DNA of 64,000 nt, taken from positions 209,126,001 to 209,190,000 of the forward strand of contig OZ024743.1 in the NCBI GenBank assembly GCA_964016885.1. The letters run 5' to 3'. Made by a program: the position numbers and the translations under genes. Origin of the DNA: Eledone cirrhosa. Its lineage: Eukaryota. The notes below the pieces were generated by a model. That model did no database searches and was not told the DNA's origin. It was given only the letters and a program-made list of their open reading frames with translations. Of the stretch, positions 42,651-59,100 are shown piece after piece (the first letter of the stretch is position 1; each line of letters starts with the position of its first letter).

Positions 42651-45600
42651 CCACAGTTTACCTTCCTATAGCCACACATGAAATCTTATCTCTCCATAAG
42701 TTATACCAGAGTTTACCATCCTATAGCCACAGATGAAAGCTCTTCACTCCATAAGTTATACCACAGTTTACCATCCTATAGCCACAGATGAAAGCTCTTC
42801 ACTCCATAACATATACCACAGTTTACCATCCTATAGCCACACATGAGAGCTCTTCACTCCAGAAGATATACCTCAGTTTACCATCCTATAGCCACACATG
42901 AAAGCTCTTCACTCCATAAGATATACCACAGTTTACCATCCTATAGCCAGATGAAAGCTTTTCAATACATAAGATATACCACAGTTTACCATCATATAGC
43001 CTCAGATGAAATCTCTTCACTCCATAAGATATAACACAGTTTACCATCCTATTGCCAGAGATGAAAGCTCTTCACTCCATAAGATATACCACAGTTTACC
43101 ATCCTATAGCCACACATGAAAGCTGTTCACTCCATAAGATATACCACAGTTTACTATCCTATAGCCACACATGAAAGCTCTTCACTCCATAAGATATACC
43201 ACAGTTTACCATCCTATAGCCACACATGGAAGCTCTTCACTCCATAAGATATACCACAGTTTACCATCATATAGCCACACATGAAAGCTCTTCACTCCAT
43301 AAGATATACGACAGTTTACCATCCTATAGCCATAGATGAAAGCTCTTAACTCCATAAGATATACGACAGTTTATCATCCTATAGCCAGATGAAAGCTCTT
43401 AAATCAATAAGATATACCACAGTTTACCATCCTATAGCCACACATGAAAGCTATTCACTCCATAAGATATACCACAGTTTAACATCCTATGCCCACAGAT
43501 GAAAGCTCTTCACTCCATAAGATATACCACAGTTTACCATCCTATAGCCACACATGAAAGCTCTTCACTCCATAAGATATACCACAGTTTACCATCCTAT
43601 AGCCACACATGGAAGCTCTTCACTCCATAAGATATTCCACAGTTTACCATCCTATAGCCACACATGAAAGCTCTTCACTCCATAAGATATACCACAGTTT
43701 ACCATCCTATAGCCAGATGAAAGCTCTTCACTCCATAAGATATACCACAGTTCACCATCCTATAGCCACACATGAAAGTTCTTCACTCCATAAGATATAC
43801 CACAGTATACCATCCTATAGCCACACATGAAAGCTCTTCACTCCATAAGATATAACACAGTTTACCATCCTATAGCCACACATGAGAGCTCTTCACTCCA
43901 TAAGATATACCTCAGTTTACCATCCTATAGCCACACATGAAAACTCTTCACTCCATAAGATAAACCACAGTTTACCATCCTATAGCCAGATGAAAGCTTT
44001 TCAATACATAAGATATACCACAGTTTACCATCCTATAGCCACACATGAATGCTCTTCACTCCATAAGATATACCACATTTTACCATCCTATAGCCACACA
44101 TGAAAACTCTTCACTCCATAAGATATACCACAGTTTACCATCCTATAGCCACACATGAAAGCTCTTCACTCCATAAGATATACCACAGTTTACCATCCTA
44201 TGGCCACAGATGAAAGCTCTTCACTCCATAAGATATACCACAGTTTACCATCCTATAGCCACACATGAAACTTCTTCACCCCATAAGATATACCACAGTT
44301 TACCATCCTATAGCCACAGATGAAAGTTCTTCACTCCATAAGATATACCACAGTTTACCATCCTATGGCCAGAGATGAAAGCTCTTCACTCCATAAGATA
44401 TACCACAGTTTACCATCCTATAGCCACACAAGAAAGCTCTTCACTCCATAGGATATACCACAGTTTACCATCATATAGCCACAGATGAAATCTCTTCACT
44501 CCATAAGATATAACACAGTTTACCATCCTATGGCCAGAGATGAAAGCTCTTCACTCCATAAGATATACCACAGTTTACCATCCTATAGCCACACATGAAA
44601 GCTGTTCACTCCATAAGATATACCACAGTTTACCATCCTATAGCCACACATGAAAGCTGTTCACTCCATAAGATATACCACAGTTTACCATCCTATAGCC
44701 ACACATGAAAGCTCTTCACTACATAAGATATACCACAGTTTACCATCCTATAGCCACACATGGAAGCTCTTCACACCATAAGATATACCACAGTTTACCA
44801 TCCTATAGCCATAGATGAAAGCTCTTCACTCCATAAGATATACAACAGTTTACCATCCTATAGCCAGATGAAAGCTCTTAAATCCATAAGATATACCACA
44901 GTTTACCATCCTATAGCCACACATGAAAGCTATTCACTCCATAAGATATACCACAGTTTACCATCATATAGCCACACATGAAAGCTCTTCACTCCATAAG
45001 ATATACCACACTTTACCATCCTATAGCCACAGATGAAAGCTCTTCACTCCATAAGATATACCACAGTTTACCATCCTATAGCCAGATGAAAGCTTTTCAC
45101 TCCATAAGATATACCACAGTTTAACATCCTATGCACACAGATGAAAGCTCTTCACTCCATAAGATATACCACAGTTTACCATCCTATAGCCACACATGAA
45201 AGCTCTTCACTCCATAAGATATACCACAGTTTACCATCCTATAGCCACACATGGAAGCTCTTCACTCCATAAGATATACCACAGTTTACCATCCTATAGC
45301 CACACATGAAAGCTCTTCACTCCATAAGATATACCACAGTTTACCATCCTATAGCCAGATGAAAGCTCTTCACTCCATCAGATATACCACTGTTTACCAT
45401 CCTATAGCCACAGATGAAAGCTCTTCACTCTATAAGATATACCACAGTTTACCATCTTATAGTGACACATGAAAGCTCTTCACTCCATAAGATATACCAC
45501 AGTTTACCATCCTATAGCCAGATGAAAGCTCTTAACTCCATAAGATATACCACAGTTTACCATCCTATAGCCACAGATGATAGCTCTTCACTCCATAAGA

Positions 45601-46099
45601 TAAACCACAGTTTACCATCCTATAGCGAAAGATGAAAGCTCTTCACTCCATAAGATATACCACAGTTTACCATCCTATAGCCACAGATGAAAGCTGTTCA
45701 CTCCATAAGATATACCACATTTTACCATCCTATAGCCACACATGAAAGTTCTTCACTCCATAAGATATACCACAGTTTACCATCCCATAGCCACACATGG
45801 AAGCTCTTCACTCCATGAGATATACCACAGTTTACCATCTTATAGGCTCAGATCAAAGCTCTTCATTCCATAAGATATACCACAGTTTACCATCCTATAG
45901 CCACAGATGAAAGCTCTTCACTCCACAACATATACCACACTTTACCATCCTATAGCCACACATGAGCTCTTCACTCCATAAGATATACCACAGTTTACCA
46001 TCCTATAGCCACACATGAAAGCTCTTCACTCCATAAGATATACCACAGTTTACCATCCTATAGCCACACATGAAAGCTCTTCACTCCATAAGATATACC

Positions 46100-49000
46100 A
46101 CAGTTTACCATCCTATAGCCACACATGAAAGCTCTTCACTCCATAAGATATACCACAGTTTACCATCCTATGGCCACACATGAAAGTTCTTAACTCCATA
46201 AGATATACCACAGTTTACCATCCTATAGCCACACATGAAAACTCTTCACTCCATAAGATATACCACAGTTTACCATCCTATGGCCAGAGATGAAAGCTCT
46301 TCACTCCATAAGATATACCACAGTTTACCATCCTATAGCCACACATGGAAGCTCTTCACTCCATAAGATATACCACAGTTTACCATCCTATAGCCAGATG
46401 AAAGTTCTTAACTCCATAAGATATACCACAGTATACCATCCTATAGCCACATATGAAAGCTCTTCACTCCATAACATATACCACAGTTTACCATCCTATA
46501 GCCACGCATGAAAGCTCTTCACTCCATAAGATATACCACAGTTTACCTTCCTATAGCCACACATGAAATCTTATCACTCCATAAGTTATACCAGAGTTTA
46601 CCATCCTATAGTCACAGATGAAAGCTCTGCACTCCATAAGTTATACCACAGTTTACCATCCTATAGCCACAGATGAAAGCTCTTCACTCCATAACATATA
46701 CCACAGTTTACCATCCTATAGCCACACATGAGAGCTCTTCACTCCATAAGATATACCTCAGTTTACCATCCTATAGCCACACATGAAAGCTCTTCACTCC
46801 ATAAGATATACCACAGTTTACCATCCTATAGCCAGATGAAAGCTTTTCAATACATAAGATATACCACAGTTTACCATCCTATAGCCACACATGAAAGCTC
46901 TTCACTCCATAAGATATACCACATTTTACCATCCTATAGCCACACATGAAAGCTCTTCACTCCATAAGATATACCACAGTTTACCATCCTATAGCCTCAC
47001 ATGAAAGTTCTTCACCCCATAAGATATACCACAGTTTACCATCCTATAGCCACAGATGAAAGTTCTTCACTCCATAAGATATACCACAGTTTACCATCCT
47101 GTGGCCACACATGAAAGCTCTTCATTCCATAAGATATACCACAGTTTACCATCATATAGCCACAGATGAAATCTCTTCACTCCATAAGATATAACACAGT
47201 TTACCATCCTATGGCCAGAGATGAAAGCTCTTCACTCCATAAGATATACCACAGTTTACCATCCTATAGCCACACATGAAAGCTGTTCACTCCATAAGAT
47301 ATACCACAGTTTACCATCCTATAGCCACACATGAATGCTCTTCACTCCATAAGATATACCACAGTTTACCATCCTATAGCCACACATGGAAGCTCTTCAC
47401 TCCATAAGATATACCACAGTTTACCTTCCTATAGCCACACATGAAATCTTATCACTCCATAAGTTATACCAGAGTTTACCATCCTATAGCCACACATGAA
47501 AGTTCTTAACTCCATAAGATATACCACAGTTTACCATCCTATAGCCACACATGAAAACTCTTCACTCCATAAGATATACCACAGTTTACCATCCTATGGC
47601 CAGAGATGAAAGCTCTTCACTCCATAAGATATACCACAGTTTACCATCCTATAGCCACACATGGAAGCTCTTCACTCCATAAGATATACCACAGTTTACC
47701 ATCCTATAGCCACACATAAAAGCTGTTCACTCCATAAGATATACCACAGTTTACCATCCTATAGCCACACATGAATGCTCTTCACTCCATAAGATATACC
47801 ACAGTTTACCATCCTATAGCCACACATGGAAGCTCTTCACTCCATAAGATATACCACAGTTTACCTTCCTATAGCCACACATGAAATCTTATCACTCCAT
47901 AAGTTATACCACAGTTTACCATCCTATAGCCACACATGAAAGCTCTTCACTCCATAAGATATACCACAGTTTACCATCCTATGGCCACACATGAAAGTTC
48001 TTAACTCCATAAGATATACCACAGTTTACCATCCTATAGCCACACATGAAAACTCTTCACTCCATAAGATATACCACAGTTTACCATCCTATGGCCAGAG
48101 ATGAAAGCTCTTCACTCCATAAGATATACCACAGTTTACCATCCTATAGCCACACATGGAAGCTCTTCACTCCATAAGATATACCACAGTTTACCATCCG
48201 ATAGCCACACATGAAAGCTCTTCACTCCATAAGATATACCACAGTTTACCATCCTATAGCCAGATGAAAGTTCTTAACTCCATAAGATATACCACAGTAT
48301 ACCATCCTATAGCCACATATGAAAGCTCTTCACTCCATAACATATACCACAGTTTACCATCCTATAGCCACGCATGAAAGCTCTTCACTCCATAAGATAT
48401 ACCACAGTTTACCTTCCTATAGCCACACATGAAATCTTATCACTCCATAAGTTATACCAGAGTTTACCATCCTATAGCCACAGATGAAAGCTCTGCACTC
48501 CATAAGTTATACCACAGTTTACCATCCTATAGCCACAGATGAAAGCTCTTCACTCCATAACATATACCACAGTTTACCATCCTATAGCCACACATGAGAG
48601 CTCTTCACTCCATAAGATATACCTCAGTTTACCATCCTATAGCCACACATGAAAGCTCTTCACTCCATAAGATATACCACAGTTTACCATCCTATAGCCA
48701 GATGAAAGCTTTTCAATACATAAGATATACCACAGTTTACCATCCTATAGCCACACATGAAAGCTCTTCACTCCATAAGATATACCACATTTTACCATCC
48801 TATAGCCACACATGAAAGCTCTTCACTCCATAAGATATACCACAGTTTACCATCCTATAGCCTCACATGAAAGTTCTTCACCCCATAAGATATACCACAG
48901 TTTACCATCCTATAGCCACAGATGAAAGTTCTTCACTCCATAAGATATACCACAGTTTACCATCCTGTGGCCACACATGAAAGCTCTTCATTCCATAAGA

Positions 49001-49350
49001 TATACCACAGTTTACCATCATATAGCCACAGATGAAATCTCTTCACTCCATAAGATATAACACAGTTTACCATCCTATGGCCAGAGATGAAAGCTCTTCA
49101 CTCCATAAGATATACCACAGTTTACCATCCTATAGCCACACATGAAAGCTGTTCACTCCATAAGATATACCACAGTTTACCATCCTATAGCCACACATGA
49201 ATGCTCTTCACTCCATAAGATATACCACAGTTTACCATCCTATAGCCACACATGGAAGCTCTTCACTCCATAAGATATACCACAGTTTACCTTCCTATAG
49301 CCACACATGAAATCTTATCACTCCATAAGTTATACCAGAGTTTACCATCC
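46100..49350. repeat. 1866-bp (34-monomer) duplication
   Basis: Marker CCTGTGGCC has its variant G at 47101 and 48967. GCTCTGCAC occurs at ~46624 and ~48490. ORF pair 46728/48594. Confidence 0.85.
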
Positions 49351-52300
49351 TATAGCCACAGATGAAAGCTCTTCACTCCATAAGTTATACCACAGTTTAC
49401 CATCCTATAGCCACAGATGAAAGCTCTTCACTCCATAACATATACCACAGTTTACCATCCTATAGCCACACATGAGAGCTCTTCACTCCATAAGATATAC
49501 CTCAGTTTACCATCCTATAGCCACACATGAAAGCTCTTCACTCCATAAGATATACCACAGTTTACCATCCTATAGCCAGATGAAAGCTTTTCAATACATA
49601 AGATATACCACAGTTTACCATCCTATAGCCACACATGAAAGCTCTTCACTCCATAAGATATACCACAGTTTACCATCCTATAGCCACACATGAAAGCTCT
49701 TCACTCCATAAGATATACCACAGTTTACCATCCTATGGCCACAGATGAAAGCTCTTCACTCCATAAGATATACCACAGTTTACCATCCTATAGCCACACA
49801 TGAAAGTTCTTCACCCCATAAGATATACCACAGTTTACCATCCTATAGCCACAGATGAAAGTTCTTCACTCCATAAGATATACCACAGTTTACCATCCTA
49901 TGGCCAGAGATGAAAGCTCTTCACTCCATAAGATATACCACAGTTTACCATCCTATAGCCACACATGAACGCTCTTCATTCCATAAGATATACCACAGTT
50001 TACCATCATATAGCCTCAGATGAAATCTCTTCACTCCATAAGATATAACACAGTTTACCATCCTATGGCCAGAGATGAAAGCTCTTCACTCCATAAGATA
50101 TACCACAGTTTACCATCCTATAGCCACACATGAAAGCTGTTCACTCCATAAGATATACCACAGTTTACTATCCTATAGCCACACATGAAAGCTCTTCACT
50201 CCATAAGATATACCACAGTTTACCATCCTATAGCCACACATGGAAGCTCTTCACTCCATAAGATATACCACAGTTTACCATCATATAGCCACACATGAAA
50301 GCTCTTCACTCCATAAGATATACGACACTTTACCATCCTATAGCCATAGATGAAAGCTCTTCACTCCATAAGATATACGACAGTTTACCATCCTATAGCC
50401 AGATGAAAGCTCTTAAATCAATAAGATATACCACAGTTTACCATCCTATAGCCACACATGAAAGCTATTCACTCCATAAGATATACCACAGTTTAACATC
50501 CTATGCCCACAGATGAAAGCTCTTCACTCCATAAGATATACCACAGTTTACCATCCTATAGCCACACATGAAAGCTCTTCACTCCATAAGATATACCACA
50601 GTTTACCATCCTATAGCCACACATGGAAGCTCTTCACTCCATAAGATATTCCACAGTTTACCATCCTATAGCCACACATGAAAGCTCTTCACTCCATAAG
50701 ATATACCACAGTTTACCATCCTATAGCCAGATGAAAGCTCTTCACTCCATAAGATATACCACAGTTCACCATCCTATAGCCACACATGAAAGCTCTTCAC
50801 TCCATAACATATACCACAGTTTACCATCCTATAGCCACACATGAAAGCTCTTCACTCCATAAGATATACCACAGTTTACCATCCTATAGCCAGATGAAAG
50901 CTCTTCACTCCATAAGATATACCAAAGTTCACATCCTATAGCCACACATGAAAGCTCTTCACTCCATAACATATACCACAGTTTACCATCCTATAGCCAC
51001 AGATGAAAGCTCTTCACTCCATAAGATATACCACAGTTTACCATCCTATAGCCACAGATGAAAGCTCTTCACTCCATAAGATATACCACAGTTTACCATC
51101 CGATAGCCACACATGAAAGCTCTTCACTCCATAAGATATACCACAGTTTACCATCCTATAGCCAGATGAAAGTTCTTCACTCCATAAGATATACCACAGT
51201 TTACTATCCTATAGCCACACATGAAAGCTCTTCACTCCATAAGATATACCACAGTTTACCATCCTATAGCCACAGATGAAAGCTCTTCACTCCATAAGAT
51301 ATACCACAGTTTACCATCCTATAGCCACAGATGATAGTTCTTCACTCCATGAGATAAACCACATTTTACCATCCTATAGCCACAGATGAAAACTCTTCAC
51401 TCCATAAGATATACCACAGTTTACCATCCTATAGCCACAGATGAAAGCTGTTCAATCCATAAGATATACCACATTTTACCATCCTATAGCCACACATGAA
51501 AGTTCTTCACTCCATAAGATATACCACAGTTTACCATCCTATAGCCACACATGGAAGCTCTTCACTCCATGAGATATACCACAGTTTACCATCCTATAGG
51601 CTCAGATGAAAGCTCTTCACTCCATAAGATATACCACAGTTTACCATCCTATAGCCACAGATGAAAGCTCTTCACTCCATAACATATACCACACTTTACC
51701 ATCCTATAGCCACCCATGAGCTCTTCACTCCATAAGATATACCACAGTTTACCATCCTATTGCCAGATGAAAGCTCTTCACGCCATAAGATATACCACAG
51801 TTTACCATCCTATAGCCACGCCACGGATGAAAGCTCTTCACTCCATAAGATATACCACAGTTTACCATCCTATAGCCACAGATGAAAGCTCTTCACTCTA
51901 TAAGATATACCACAGATTACCATCTTATAGTCACACATGAAAGCTCTTCACTCCATAAGATATACCACAGTTTACCATCCTATAGCCAGATGAAAGCTCT
52001 TCACTCCATAAGATATACCACAGTTTACCATCCTATAGCCATGCATGAAAGCTCTTCACTCCATAAGATATACCACATTTTACCATCCTATAGCCACACA
52101 TGAAAGCTCTTCACTCCATAAGATATACCACAGTTTACCATCCTATAGCCACAGATGAAAGCTGTTCACTCCATAAGATATACCACAGTTTACCATCCGA
52201 TAGCCACACATGAAAGCTCTTCACTCCATAAGATATACCACAGTTTACCATCCTATAGCCAGATGAAAGTTCTTCACTCCATAAGATATACCACAGTTTA

Positions 52301-55300
52301 CCATCCTATAGCCACACATGAAAGCTCTTCACTCCATAAGATATACCACAGTTTACCATCCTATGGCCACAGATGAAAGCTCTTCACTCCATAAGATATA
52401 CCACAGTTTACCATCCTATAGCCACACATGAAAGCTCTTCACTCCATAAGATATACCACAGTTTACCATCATATAGCCACAGATGAAATCTCTTCACTCC
52501 ATAAGATATAACACAGTTTACCATCCTATGGCCAGAGATGAAATCTCTTCACTCCATAAGATATACCACAGTTTACCATCCTATAGCCACACATGAAAGC
52601 TGTTCACTCCATAAGATATACCACATTACCATCCTATAGCCATAGATGAAAGCTCTTCACTCCATAAGATATACGACAGTTTACCATCCTATAGCCAGAT
52701 GAAAGCTCTTAAATCCATAAGATATACCACAGTTTACCATCCTATAGACACAGATGAAAGCTCTTCACACCATAAGATATACCACAGTTTACTATCCTAT
52801 AGCCACACATGAAAGCTCTTCACTCCATAAGATATACCACAGTTTACCATCCTATAGCCACAGATGAAAGCTCTTCACTCCATAAGATATACCACCGTTT
52901 ACCATCCTATGGCCACAGATGAAAGCTCTTCACTCCATAAGATATACCACAGTTTACCACCCTATGGCCACAGATGAAAGCTCTTCACTCCATAAGATAT
53001 ACGACAGTTTATCAACCTATAGCGACACCACGGATGAAAGCTCTTCACTCCATAAGATATACCACAGTTTACCATCCTATAGCCACAGATGAAAGCTCTT
53101 CACTCTATAAGATATACCACAGTTTACCATCGTATAGTGACACGTGAAAGCTCTTCACTCCATAAGATATACCACAGTTTACCATCCTATAGCCACAGAT
53201 GAAAGCTGTTCACTCCATAAGATATACCACATTTTACCATCCTATAGCCACACATGAAAGTTCTTCACTCCATAAGATATACCACAGTTTACCATCCTAT
53301 AGCCACACATGGAAGCTCTTCACTCCATGAGATATACCACAGTTTACCATCCTATAGGCTCAGATGAAAGCTCTTCACTCCATAAGATATACCAGAGTTT
53401 ACCATCCTATAGCCACAGCTGAAAGCTCTTCACTCCATAAGTTATACCACAGTTTACCATCCTATAGCCACAGATGAAAGCTCTTCACTCCATAACATAT
53501 ACCACAGTTTACAATCCTATAGCCACACATGAGAGCTCTTCACTCCATAAGATATACCTCAGTTTACCATCCTATAGCCACACATGAAAACTCTTCACTC
53601 CATAAGATAAACCACAGTTTACCATCCTATAGCCAGATGAAAGCTTTTCAATACATAAGATATACCACAGTTTACCATCCTATAGCCACACATGAAAGCC
53701 CTTCACTCCATAAGATATACCACATTTTACCATCCTATAGCCACACATGAAAGCTCTTCACTCCATAAGATATACCACAGTTTACCATCCTATAGCCACA
53801 CATGAAAGCTCTTCACTCCATAAGATATACCACAGTTTACCATCCTATGGCCACAGATGAAAGCTCTTCACTCCATAAGATATACCACAGTTTACCATCA
53901 TATAGCCACAGATGAAATCTCTTCACTCCATAAGATATAACACAGTTTACCATCCTATGGCCAGAGATGAAATCTCTTCACTCCATAAGATATACCACAG
54001 TTTACCATCCTATAGCCACACATGAAAGCTGTTCACTCCATAAGATATACCACAGTTTACCATCCTATAGCCATAGATGAAAGCTCTTCACTCCATAAGA
54101 TATACGACAGTTTACCATCCTATAGCCAGATGAAAGCTCTTAAATCCATAAGATATACCACAGTTTACCATCCTATAGACACAGATGAAAGCTCTTCACA
54201 CCATAAGATATACCACAGTTTACTATCCTATAGCCACACATGAAAGCTCTTCACTCCATAAGATATACCACAGTTTACCATCCTATAGCCAGATGAAAGC
54301 TCTTCACTCCATCAGATATACCACAGTTTACCATCCTATAGCCACAGATGAAAGCTCTTCACTCTATAAGATATACCACAGTTTACCATCTTATAGTGAC
54401 ACATGAAAGCTCTTCACTCCATAAGATACACCACAGTTTACCATCCTATAGCCAGATGAAAGCTCTTAACTCCATAAGATATACCACAGTTTACCATCCT
54501 ATAGCCACAGATGATAGCTCTTCACTCCATAAGATAAACCACAGTTTACCATCCTATAGCGAAACATGAAAGCTCTTCACTCCATAAGATATACCACAGT
54601 TTACCATCCTATAGCCACAGATGAAAGCTGTTCACTCCATAAGATATACCACATTTTACCATCCTATAGCCACACATGAAAGTTCTTCACTCCATAAGAT
54701 ATACCACAGTTTACCATCCCATAGCCACACATGGAAGCTCTTCACTCCATGAGATATACCACAGTTTACCATCCTATAGGCTCAGATCAAAGCTCTTCAT
54801 TCCATAAGATATACCACAGTTTACCATCCTATAGCCACAGATGAAAGCTCTTCACTCCACAACATATACCACACTTTACCATCCTATAGCCACACATGAG
54901 CTCTTCACTCCATAAGATATACCACAGTTTACCATCCTATAGCCACACATGAAAGCTCTTCACTCCATAAGATATACCACAGTTTACCATCCTATAGCCA
55001 GATGAAAGCTTTTCAATCCATAAGATATACCACAGTTTACCATCCTATAGCCACACATGAAAGCTCTTCACTCCATAAGATATACCACAGTTTACCATCC
55101 TATAGCCACACATGAAAGCTCTTCACTCCATAAGATATACCACAGTTTACCATCCTATGGCCACACATGAAAGTTCTTAACTCCATAAGATATACCACAG
55201 TTTACCATCCTATAGCCACACATGAAAACTCTTCACTCCATAAGATATACCACAGTTTACCATCCTATGGCCAGAGATGAAAGCTCTTCACTCCATAAGA

Positions 55301-58300
55301 TATACCACAGTTTACCATCATATAGCCACACGTGGAAGCTCTTCACTCCATAAGATATACCACAGTTTACCATCCGATAGCCACACATGAAAGCTCTTCA
55401 CTTCATAAGATATACCACAGTTTACCATCCTATAGCCAGATGAAAGTTCTTAACTCCATAAGATATACCACAGTATACCATCCTATAGCCACATATGAAA
55501 GCTCTTCACTCCATAAGATATACCACAGTTTACCTTCCTATAGCCACACATGAAATCTTATCACTCCATAAGTTATACCAGAGTTTACCATCCTATAGCC
55601 ACAGATGAAAGCTCTGCACTCCATAAGTTATACCACAGTTTACCATCCTATAGCCACAGATGAAAGCTCTTCACTCCATAACATATACCACAGTTTACCA
55701 TCCTATAGCCACACATGAGAGCTCTTCACTCCATAAGATATACCTCAGTTTACCATCCTATAGCCACACATGAAAGCTCTTCACTCCATAAGATATACCA
55801 CAGTTTACCATCCTATAGCCAGATGAAAGCCTTTCAATACATAAGATATACCACAGTTTACCATCCTATAGCCACAAAATGAAAGCTCTTCACTCCATAA
55901 GATATACCACATTTTACCATCCTATAGCCACACATGAAAGCTCTTCACTCCATAAGATATACCACAGTTTACCATCCTATAGCCTCACATGAAAGTTCTT
56001 CACCCCATAAGATATACCACAGTTTACCATCCTATAGCCACAGATGAAAGTTCTTCACTCCATAAGATATACCACAGTTTACCATCCTATGGCCACACAT
56101 GAAAGCTCTTCATTCCATAAGATATACCACAGTTTACCATCATATAGCCACAGATGAAATCTCTTCACTCCATAAGATATAACACAGTTTACCATCCTAT
56201 GGCCAGAGATGAAAGCTCTTCACTCCATAAGATATACCACAGTTTACCATCCTATAGCCACACATGAAAGCCGTTCACTCCATAAGATATACCACAGTTT
56301 ACCATCCTATAGCCACACATGAATGCTCTTCACTCCATAAGATATACCACAGTTTACCATCCTATAGCCACACATGGAAGCTCTTCACTCCATAAGATAT
56401 ACCACAGTTTACCTTCCTATAGCCACACATGAAATCTTATCACTCCATAAGTTATACCAGAGTTTACCATCCTATAGCCACAGATGAAAGCTCTTCACTC
56501 CATAAGTTATACCACAGTTTACCATCCTATAGCCACACATGAGAGCTCTTCACTCCATAAGATATACCTCAGTTTACCATCCTATAGCCACACATGAAAG
56601 CTCTTCACTCCATAAGATATACCACAGTTTACCATCCTATAGCCAGATGAAAGCTTTTCAATACATAAGATATACCACAGTTTACCATCCTATAGCCACA
56701 CATGAAAGCTCTTCACTCCATAAGATATACCACAGTTTACCATCCTATAGCCACACATGAAAGCTCTTCACTCCATAAGATATACCACAGTTTACCATCC
56801 TATGGCCACAGATGAAAGCTCTTCACTCCATAAGATATACCACAGTTTACCATCCTATAGCCGCACATGAAAGTTCTTCACCCCATAAGATATACCACAG
56901 TTTACCATCCTATAGCCACAGATGAAAGTTCTTCACTCCATAAGATATACCACAGTTTACCATCCTATGGCCAGAGATGAAAGCTCTTCACTCCATAAGA
57001 TATACCACAGTTTACCATCCTATAGCCACACATGAAAGCTCTTCATTCCATAAGATATACCACAGTTTACCATCATATAGCCTCAGATGAAATCTCTTCA
57101 CTCCATAAGATATAACACAGTTTACCATCCTATGGCCAGAGATGAAAGCTCTTCACTCCATAAGATATACCACAGTTTACCATCCTATAGCCACACATGA
57201 AAGCTGTTCACTCCATAAGATATACCACAGTTTACTATCCTATAGCCACACATGAAAGCTCTTCACTCCATAAGATATACCACAGTTTACCATCCTATAG
57301 CCACACATGGAAGCTCTTCACTCCATAAGATATACCACAGTTTACCATCATATAGCCACACATGAAAGCTCTTCACTCCATAAGATATACGACAGTTTAC
57401 CATCCTATAGCCATAGATGAAAGCTCTTCACTCCATAAGATATACGACAGTTTACCATCCTATAGCCAGATGAAAGCTCTTAAATCAATAAGATATACCA
57501 CAGTTTACCATCCTATAGCCACACATGAAAGCTATTCACTCCATAAGATATGCCACAGTTTAACATCCTATGCCCACAGATGAAAGCTCTTCACTCCATA
57601 AGATATACCACAGTTTACCATCCTATAGCCACACATGAAAGCTCTTCACTCCATAAGATATACCACAGTTTACCATCCTATAGCCACACATGGAAGCTCT
57701 TCACTCCATAAGATATTCCACAGTTTACCATCCTATAGCCACACATGAAAGCTCTTCACTCCATAATATATACCACAGTTTACCATCCTATAGCCAGATG
57801 AAAGCTCTTCACTCCATAAGATATACCACAGTTCACCATCCTATAGCCACACATGAAAGCTCTTCACTCCATAACATATACCACAGTTTACCATCCTATA
57901 GCCACACATGAAAGCTCTTCACTCCATAAGATATACCACAGTTTACCATCCTATAGCCAGATGAAAGCTCTTCACTCCATAAGATATACCACAGTTCACA
58001 TCCTATAGCCACACATGAAAGCTCTTCACTCCATAACATATACCACAGTTTACCATCCTATAGCCACAGATGAAAGCTCTTCACTCCATAAGATATACCA
58101 CAGTTTACCATCCTATAGCCACAGATGAAAGCTCTTCACTCCATAAGATATACCACAGTTTACCATCCGATAGCCACACATGAAAGCTCTTCACTCCATA
58201 AGATATACCACAGTTTACCATCCTATAGCCAGATGAAAGTTCTTCACTCCATAAGATATACCACAGTTTACTATCCTATAGCCACACATGAAAGCTCTTC

Positions 58301-59100
58301 ACTCCATAAGATATACCACAGTTTACCATCCTATAGCCACAGATGAAAGCTCTTCACTCCATAAGATATACCACAGTTTACCATCCTATAGCCACAGATG
58401 ATAGCTCTTCACTCCATGAGATAAACCACATTTTACCATCCTATAGCCACAGATGAAAACTCTTCACTCCATAAGATATACCACAGTTTACCATCCTATA
58501 GCCACAGATGAAAGCTGTTCACTCCATAAGATATACCACATTTTACCATCCTATAGCCACACATGAAAGTTCTTCACTCCATAAGATATACCACAGTTTA
58601 CCATCCTATAGCCACACATGGAAGCTCTTCACTCCATGAGATATACCACAGTTTACCATCCTATAGGCTCAGATGAAAGCTCTTCACTCCATAAGATATA
58701 CCACAGTTTACCATCCTATAGCCACAGATGAAAGCTATTCACTCCATAACATATACCACACTTTACCATCCTATAGCCACCCATGAGCTCTTCACTCCAT
58801 AAGATATACCACAGTTTACCATCCTATTGCCAGATGAAAGCTCTTCACTCCATAAGATATACCACAGTTTACCATCCTATAGCCACGCCACGGATGAAAG
58901 CTCTTCACTCCATAAGATATACCACAGTTTACCATCCTATAGCCACAGATGAAAGCTCTTCACTCTATAAGATATACCACAGATTACCATCTTATAGTCA
59001 CACATGAAAGCTCTTCACTCCATAAGATATACCACAGTTTACCATCCTATAGCCAGATGAAAGCTCTTCACTCCATAAGATATACCACAGTTTACCATCC
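47900..59100. repeat. Large duplication with ~7.07-kb offset (about 47.9-52.0 kb copied at about 55.1-59.1 kb)
   Basis: Six ORF pairs have an exact 7067 offset: 49472/56539, 50295/57362, 50623/57690, 51058/58125, 51716/58783 and 51882/58949. Confidence 0.9.
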
